Assembly (NCBI RefSeq): GCF_014502795.1
Contig: NZ_JACVHF010000025.1
Coordinates: 9,593-41,592, forward strand
From: Heliobacterium chlorum
Lineage (GTDB): Bacteria > Bacillota > Desulfitobacteriia > Heliobacteriales > Heliobacteriaceae
Direction: 5' to 3'
Length of the DNA stretch: 32,000 bases
The notes beneath the pieces were generated by a model that had not been told where the DNA came from, made no database searches, and was given only the letters and a program-made list of their open reading frames with translations. Shown here piece by piece: positions 27,501 to 32,000 of this stretch. Both the position numbers and the translations under genes were made by a program. The stretch's first letter is position 1; the number at the start of each line of letters is the position of its first letter.

Positions 27501-29013
27501 CAGCGACATCCTTCAAGGGGAAATCACCTTCCCACCGAATGGGGAAGAAGAGATTGAGCGTCTGACCGAGACGACCCGGTCCTTAAAACGAACCCTCGAT
27601 CGGTTGAACCAAGAGCTGGCCGACGCGCAGACGAAGGCCACGGTGGCCCGGACGCGGGTGGCGGCCAAAGAAGAGCAATTCTTCAAGACCTTACCCGATG
27701 CGGCCATAGTAGACTTTGGTAGGCAGCCCCTCGAAGAGGTCGAGACTCTCCTTCATCAAGAATCACAGCGCCTGAGCCAAGAGGGGGTGCAGGTAAAAGG
27801 AGAACGACGGCGATTAGAACAACTCTATGCGGAATTGAACAGTGTCAAAAAAGCCTTGGAAGTGGCCCGGGGCGTCCATAAATTCGGGCGAGAAAGCATC
27901 ACCGCCATATCGCTGAAGGAAGAGGACTTGCAGGAGTATCCGTATAAGCGGCTGGCCTTCACGAACGAACTGTCCCTGCAACTGGAGAGAGCGCAAGAAA
28001 AGGTGGACCTGGAGCGCAAAATGGTGGAGCAGGAACGAAAGCGTTTTGAAGCCTACTGCCTCCAAGAGATCAAGGATGAAAAAACGAAGCAACAAGCCGT
28101 CAACGGCATTCGGTTAAAAGACAGCTTCAGTGAAATCCACGATTGGGGATTGCGACTGCAAGAGCGGATCGAAACGGCCATCCGGATTGCCGAAGAGAGC
28201 TTGCGCAGCCTCGATGAGCAGGTGCAGATTTTTATCAACCATCTCCATTCCCACCTGGTGCGGATCTGTGAAGAGTTGAAAGCGATTCCCAAGATGACCG
28301 CCGTCAAAGTGGAGGAGAAACGAAAAGAGATCTTCGACTTTACCGTTCCCCACTGGCCGGAACTAGAAGGGAAGACGAAGCTCCGCCAACATCTCGAATG
28401 GATGATGAAGGCACTGGAAAATGAGAAGTACCGCAACGAGCAAGGCCTGGAAGATACGGCGAAAGTGCAGGCCCAGATCGAAAGCTGGCTCCACCCGAAG
28501 CAACTGCTGCAAGTGGTCTCCTCGAGCCAGGAGATCAAAGTACGCTGTCGGAAGGTCACCAATGATAACCGTGTCAGCAGCGCCTTGACAGACTGGCCGA
28601 CGAGTGAAAGGTGGTCAGGCGGAGAGAAATGGAGCAAAAACATGACCCTCTTCCTGGGCATTCTCAACTACCTCGCTGAAAAACGCCAGCATATTCGCAA
28701 AGGCCAGGGAAACCACCGCGTCGTCATCCTGGACAACCCCTTTGGCAAAGCCTCCAGTAGCCACGTCTTAGGTCCCGTCTTCTTCATCGCCCAACAGTTG
28801 GGTTTCCAAATGCTCGCCCTCACAGCCCATGCGGAAGGGAAATTCCTTCGCGATTATTTCCCCATCATCTATAGCTGCCGGCTCCGCCCGACGAAAGATC
28901 CCTCCATCGCCATTGTCGAAGCGCAAAAAGAGATCCGCTATGCTTATTTTCAGGATCATGCGCCAACGAGCCTGGAGCGCTTAGAAGAGGTAGAACAGTT
29001 GACGCTGCTGTAG
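24562..29013 (+). CDS. SMC/MukB-like ABC ATPase (JetC/MksB-like), 1483 aa
   Basis: N-terminal head with LENGGGKS (Walker A). Two very long E/Q/R/K/L-rich coiled-coil arms flank a central globular hinge-like segment (about aa 640-760). C-terminal head with WSGGEKW (signature-like) and HRVVILDNPFG (Walker B position). The start overlaps the upstream gene by 17-26 nt (ATG 24562 or 24571). Confidence 0.8.
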   Translation: MIPMPAIAKIRLTNVQYEQGNKRYTDQTFRFDGHNGAILLENGGGKSVLVQTAAQAVIPNGILADRKLRDTLDVSAAPAHIAVEWILNDKPRQYALTCVTFYMGKEGLEYLLYAYDYPAGDKGQIENLPFVQKDRSGKRPASREEIKEYYQSMSYSHMNAKTFSTKKEYQAYLEETFQIVPSEWEAILKINGAEGGVEKFFEQCATTGQLVDRLLIPVVEQGMAGNGTKDFARLFDNHRQHFREYLELTEQIKEYQDVISRVSQVVERYSRFDREEQAYQSLQGRAKGLLLHVDEELAQSVEAQEELDRKERALQEQEKRLHQKALSLDIARLQRERSEAEERLYRCEQRRDEKQAEHRESASLLESLKLAALLEQLQDKQTDLSAYQRQLEELDHSPDIAHLQIERAQVLSQLRYHFDRLEEDFRQLQDRAQAILSELAQEEQTKKKALLEAEEKRRSLLVLRTETRTHIENKEQQMQRIVQAILHDPLREQVEEQLPHWQKRSIALGEDVNGLIADMGRWQAESEELHRQEKQIQIELTALRQDLTKWETELSTVDKQAQQLLERLHLLSPEDRELNSIYKRQPTIRARLHEARTLLEEEKNQQMEQERILLRFYDLYKDSQLFTADPGLERQCRRWQSDIPSLQLGTAFLQILLEEKPQLTMSRLYEHYPFWPITLICGAADLGKVKKLVEGAAQQWTHPVFILTEQEAQARWTTPFELPAVHVSPGQWPQISESIPFQAWLEESRQKAAFVVEERKTLEEKLRQWHALADAVDRFWQEYDFQAIYLPLKEKISQGKGRLEELHNAVAHIDGQKQNLQRQLKEGASKKIRWEAEQADVTERYRKGLEWKRLQEERNRLTERLEGLSADEKGVAQEVDELKTQMDDLESKQRQQEKRTWELDEKLKDIRNDVDNKESQNSAPVKAELSLNLLKSRKAELTDKLQGIQQNRKSLQAMIGSAEKDVHRLEQQIRRQREQFSDILQGEITFPPNGEEEIERLTETTRSLKRTLDRLNQELADAQTKATVARTRVAAKEEQFFKTLPDAAIVDFGRQPLEEVETLLHQESQRLSQEGVQVKGERRRLEQLYAELNSVKKALEVARGVHKFGRESITAISLKEEDLQEYPYKRLAFTNELSLQLERAQEKVDLERKMVEQERKRFEAYCLQEIKDEKTKQQAVNGIRLKDSFSEIHDWGLRLQERIETAIRIAEESLRSLDEQVQIFINHLHSHLVRICEELKAIPKMTAVKVEEKRKEIFDFTVPHWPELEGKTKLRQHLEWMMKALENEKYRNEQGLEDTAKVQAQIESWLHPKQLLQVVSSSQEIKVRCRKVTNDNRVSSALTDWPTSERWSGGEKWSKNMTLFLGILNYLAEKRQHIRKGQGNHRVVILDNPFGKASSSHVLGPVFFIAQQLGFQMLALTAHAEGKFLRDYFPIIYSCRLRPTKDPSIAIVEAQKEIRYAYFQDHAPTSLERLEEVEQLTLL

Positions 29014-29115
29014 CATCAATGAAAGACTTCTTCACAATACCGACTGAACAACGTTAAAACGATAACGATGCCTCTTTCGTATGACATTTTGCCCATTTCT
29101 CAGATAATGTAGAAA

Positions 29116-29148
29116 AAGGCCCCCTTCCGTCACATGGAAGGGGGCCTT
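29116..29148 (-). terminator. Terminator hairpin between the Jet-like operon and rsgA
   Basis: aaggcccccttcc / ggaagggggcctt 13-bp stem. On the minus strand it is followed by tttttct, so it best fits rsgA termination. The plus-strand tail is weaker. Confidence 0.6.
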
Positions 29149-29153
29149 GCCTT

Positions 29154-30221
29154 TTATCGCTTAAAATTAAAATGTTGTTTTATCTGTTTGTGAATCTGCT
29201 TCCACTTTTCTTTCTCAGCGAGCTGCTCCCGTTGATTTTCCCGGCGAGACATATAGGCCAGCTCTTTTTGGAGCTTAACATAGCTTTCATATCGACTGGC
29301 ATCCAAATCCCCACGCTGTAAAGCGGATTGGACGGCACAACCGGGCTCTTGTTCGTGGCGACAGTCCCGGAACCGGCACTGTTCAGCCAAAGCCAGAATA
29401 TCTTCAAAGGCGTCTTGGATACCTTCAGAAGATCCCGTCATGTGTAGTTCCCGCATGCCTGGCGTATCGATGAGAATCCCGCCCCCGGGCAAGAGGATCA
29501 TCTCGCGGTGGGTGGTGGTATGTCGTCCCCGGTCATCGTCAGCCCGGACGGATTGGGTTTTCTGAAGTTCCTCTCCCATAAGGCAGTTGATCAAGGTCGA
29601 CTTACCGACTCCGGAAGAGCCGAGCAGGGCCACCGTCTGTCCGGTCGTCACATAGCGCATCAAATCCGTTAACCCTGCACCGGTCACCGCACTGACCGGG
29701 TGGATAGGGACACCGAAAGCGACCGTTTCGACGGCGGAGATTTTTTCATCCAAATCCGCACAGAGATCGGCCTTGCTGAGCACGATGACGGGGCTGGCAC
29801 CGCTGTCCCAAGCTAAAGTGATATAGCGTTCCATGCGCCGCAGATTGAAGTCCCGGTTTAGGGCCATCACGAGAAAGACCGTGTCCACGTTGGAGGCGAC
29901 GATCTGCTCATCCGATGTCTTGCCGGCTATCTTACGGGAAAACTTGGTCTGGCGAGGGAGCAAGGCGTGGATGACAGCCTGCTCACCGGGAAGGGAACAG
30001 TTGAGAACCACCCAGTCACCGACAGCCGGGAAGTCTTGCCGGCCTTGCGCCTGGTACGAATATTTTCCAGAGACGGCAGCGAGGGTTTCTCCGTCTTCAC
30101 AATAGACACGGTAAAGATGGGTATGCTCAACAGCTACCCGGCCCACGCGGTAGACTTGTTCATCATAGGCAGAAAAATGGTGGGCAAAGTGTTCATTCCA
30201 ACCGAGAATAGAAAGTTTCAA
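29154..30221 (-). CDS. rsgA: Ribosome small-subunit-dependent GTPase A (RsgA/YjeQ)
   Basis: Circularly permuted GTPase order: LSKADL (NKxD-like), GSSGVGKSTLIN (G1), DTPGMRE (G3). C-terminal zinc knuckle CRFRDCRHEQEPGC. The likely start is TTG 30221, 8 nt after AAGGAGG. The track start 30248 would make that SD part of the coding sequence. Confidence 0.9.
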   Translation of the reverse strand: MKLSILGWNEHFAHHFSAYDEQVYRVGRVAVEHTHLYRVYCEDGETLAAVSGKYSYQAQGRQDFPAVGDWVVLNCSLPGEQAVIHALLPRQTKFSRKIAGKTSDEQIVASNVDTVFLVMALNRDFNLRRMERYITLAWDSGASPVIVLSKADLCADLDEKISAVETVAFGVPIHPVSAVTGAGLTDLMRYVTTGQTVALLGSSGVGKSTLINCLMGEELQKTQSVRADDDRGRHTTTHREMILLPGGGILIDTPGMRELHMTGSSEGIQDAFEDILALAEQCRFRDCRHEQEPGCAVQSALQRGDLDASRYESYVKLQKELAYMSRRENQREQLAEKEKWKQIHKQIKQHFNFKR

Positions 30222-30529
30222 TGGGGTTTCCTCCTTGACCAATTTCAATCGATGGTCGCAGAAGGTCCCCCTTAAGCCTGTCAGGGGAATCTGCGACCTA
30301 GCAGTTAAAAACCTCGGCAGGCGTAAATACAGACATCAATCCCACTCCTTAACTAAACTATGGAAACATTATACACCCTGGACGGAGCCAAGTATACGAG
30401 AGATGTACGCGCGACGTTGCGCAGCTACAGGAGTCTTTAACGATTCGTCGCCCAGTGTCACACTTCGATACATCGGTATTAACCAGGATATTATCGACCG
30501 GGCGCTGGACGAAATCAATCATTAAACGA

Positions 30530-30570
30530 AAGAGCGACAGGCAAATCCTCGCCGGTCGCTCTTATTTTTT
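30530..30570 (+). terminator. Plus-strand rho-independent terminator
   Basis: aagagcgac / gtcgctctt stem, followed by atttttt. Confidence 0.6.
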
Positions 30571-30641
30571 ACGAATTAATCAGAACGTATGTTTTAATGT
30601 CACCCTGTTTGCGATATAATGTTCGTGCAGGAGGGGATTGT

Positions 30642-30908
30642 ATGTTCGAATATCAAGAGGAAAAGTACAGCCAAATCGCGCCGGACCACTACACCGAGTC
30701 GATGTCCAATAACCAAACCGCGATAAAAGTGAGTGTAGATGGCGGGGTCACTTGGTCAAAGATCACGGTTGATCTATTGCAAAGATTGGAGGAATCCGGC
30801 CTAATACCCGGGTATCTCGTATTACATAACGGCGAACGATACCATATCACCACGTTAGATGACGGCACCATGGCCATGGCCAAAGAAGCCCGGAGAAAGC
30901 GAAAATGA
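30642..30908 (+). CDS. Hypothetical protein (88 aa)
   Basis: GGAGGGG SD lies before ATG 30642 (MFEYQEEKY...). The stop overlaps the next start (ATGA). Confidence 0.55.
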   Translation: MFEYQEEKYSQIAPDHYTESMSNNQTAIKVSVDGGVTWSKITVDLLQRLEESGLIPGYLVLHNGERYHITTLDDGTMAMAKEARRKRK

Positions 30909-31252
30909 GCCGGAGCAAGAGAGTCATGGAACAACGAGTGGCTGAGTTTTATCGTTCCAATAAACTTTGGCGAACGAGTTTTTTCCTTCCAGAACATCGG
31001 GAAGGGACGATACAAGGCAGGCTGACATCACTTGCCGAGCAGCTCTCCAGGCCTTCTGAAACGAAACGGGAGGAAATGGAGCACATCTTGGCAAAGGCAA
31101 TGCGAAACCAAGAGGAAATTCGGATCAGGTTGCAGGATGGGATATGGATATCTGCGACACCGGTAACGGTCGTAGCAGGCAGGCTATACGTTTTGGTCAA
31201 CGGGGAGGACATTGAAATACGGCTCAGCGAGATTATGGATGCGCAGGAATGA
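30905..31252 (+). CDS. YolD-like protein
   Basis: 115 aa with the FFLPEH motif, in the size range typical of the YolD-like family. ATGA coupling to the upstream ORF. Confidence 0.65.
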   Translation: MSRSKRVMEQRVAEFYRSNKLWRTSFFLPEHREGTIQGRLTSLAEQLSRPSETKREEMEHILAKAMRNQEEIRIRLQDGIWISATPVTVVAGRLYVLVNGEDIEIRLSEIMDAQE

Positions 31253-31349
31253 TGTATCGATAATCGGCAGGCATACGATACTCAGTCTGCGCATAAATAT
31301 AGGGAGAGAGCATTCCTTTCCGCCGTCGAAAGAAAACGCTGGCTGCCGC

Positions 31350-31640
31350 ATGAAAGTTTTTGCGGAAGGGAATAAGTATAGATTGAGCCTGATTATCGTT
31401 TTGTTTGCTGCGTCGATCATCTCGTATTTTTTGATCGACGATATTTTGGATATGTTGATCGCTTGGCGCAAGCCGAAAAAACGGCGCAAGCAGTCCACGC
31501 GCAAACTGCCGACGCGTGTGCAGGTCGCCGCGCTGTCGGTGGTTACCCCTATACCCACGGCCAAACGCGCCTCAAGGCCTGGACGCGATCCGCCACGTCG
31601 AAAAAAACAAAATCAAATGAACAGCCCTCCGCGGATGTAG
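31350..31640 (+). CDS. Possible small membrane protein with a very basic tail
   Basis: An internal ATG gives MKVFAEGNKYRLSLIIVLFAASIISYFLI (one TM helix), then a K/R/P-rich tail. There is no clear SD. Confidence 0.25.
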   Translation: MKVFAEGNKYRLSLIIVLFAASIISYFLIDDILDMLIAWRKPKKRRKQSTRKLPTRVQVAALSVVTPIPTAKRASRPGRDPPRRKKQNQMNSPPRM

Positions 31641-31649
31641 TGCGGTGGG

Positions 31650-31976
31650 CTAATGGTCATTATCGTGAGTGAATGCTTCATGTAAGTCGAAGATCAGTTT
31701 CCTATCACGAAGCACATTATTTCGAATGCGTTCCGTAAGACCCATCTCAGTAGTTAAGTCAACTTTACGCTGTAATGATTCTTCCAGTTTCTCTTTTAGT
31801 TCTACGAAAGAAAAGAGAGATAGTTTCTCTTTCGAACCACCGTACTCAATCAGAAGGTCAACGTCACTCGTTTCCTTTTGTTCCCCACGGGCGAATGAAC
31901 CGAACATATAAGCTCGAACAATACCGTACTTTTTGAGAATGGGTTCCGATTTTTCTTTTATTTCATTAAAATCCAT
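31650..31976 (-). CDS. MNT/MntA-type nucleotidyltransferase-domain protein (antitoxin-like)
   Basis: MFGSFARGEQKETSDVDLLIEY is the GSxxRG...SDxDLL minimal nucleotidyltransferase signature. The ORF is open to the window edge (32000). ATG 31976 (MDFNEIKEK) follows an AAGGGA SD-like sequence. Confidence 0.75.
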   Translation of the reverse strand: MDFNEIKEKSEPILKKYGIVRAYMFGSFARGEQKETSDVDLLIEYGGSKEKLSLFSFVELKEKLEESLQRKVDLTTEMGLTERIRNNVLRDRKLIFDLHEAFTHDNDH

Positions 31977-32000
31977 TTTGAAAGTCCCTTCAGCGCACAT

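Noticed and set aside
24264-28667. Series of long minus-strand ORFs (24264..24860, 24478..25437, 25346..25909, 25839..26297, 27123..27509, 28053..28667) and short plus-strand alternate-frame ORFs inside the SMC-like gene
   Set aside because: They are antisense or out of frame to the 1483-aa ATPase. The codon-biased coiled-coil sequence (GAA/CAG/AAG-rich) suppresses stops in other frames. Their products are low-complexity Ser/Arg/Cys-rich.
30235-30525. 96-aa plus-strand ORF as a real gene
   Set aside because: Its start abuts or overlaps the divergent rsgA start region, it has no SD, and the N-terminal two thirds look non-protein-like. Only the region as a possible decayed gene or sRNA is kept as a low-interest finding.
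1-32000. tRNA, rRNA and CRISPR content
   Set aside because: No cloverleaf-like GC-rich 70-90-nt segments, no rRNA-like conserved blocks and no repeat-spacer arrays were seen in the intergenic regions.

Overview
This window reads as a Bacillota-type chromosomal segment; the taxon is inferred from gene content only. Bases 1-14.9 kb hold ordinary genes. They are a tandem-receiver protein (5' end cut by the window), a REC-GGDEF diguanylate cyclase, a YfmL-type DEAD-box helicase with a long repeat tail, and a YwbE-family protein. Next come a URO-D/MtaA-family enzyme behind a terminator-containing leader, a Tat-signal D-aminoacylase-family amidohydrolase, a zinc-ribbon membrane protein, a GltD/NfnB-type oxidoreductase, CshA and HrpB. 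At about 14.92 kb the composition drops sharply. Hand counts on a few 60-nt lines give roughly 25-35% G+C against more than 50% in the flanks. This AT-rich block runs to about 21.25 kb and looks like an acquired island. It carries a tyrosine recombinase, a TIR-domain gene broken by a 1-nt frameshift (TIR + helical + GNAT-like regions), a radical SAM/SPASM enzyme and a 623-aa TIR + SLOG-like protein. The TIR and radical SAM genes share a near-identical 30-nt leader in inverted orientation. I rank this three-gene TIR/SLOG/radical-SAM set as the best candidate for an undescribed immune or signalling system. Directly next to it, at host-like G+C (21.27-29.01 kb), is a tightly overlapping four-gene operon. 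It encodes a Toprim JetD-like protein, a roughly 500-aa helical protein, a roughly 250-aa protein and a 1483-aa SMC/MukB-like ABC ATPase. This is a divergent Wadjet/Mks-like locus in the order D-A-B-C, and the predicted Walker B reads D-N instead of D-E. The right end carries rsgA, two small coupled genes (one YolD-like), a doubtful small membrane ORF and an MNT-type nucleotidyltransferase. I found no rRNA, tRNA or CRISPR array. All calls come from reading motifs by eye; no database search was possible.
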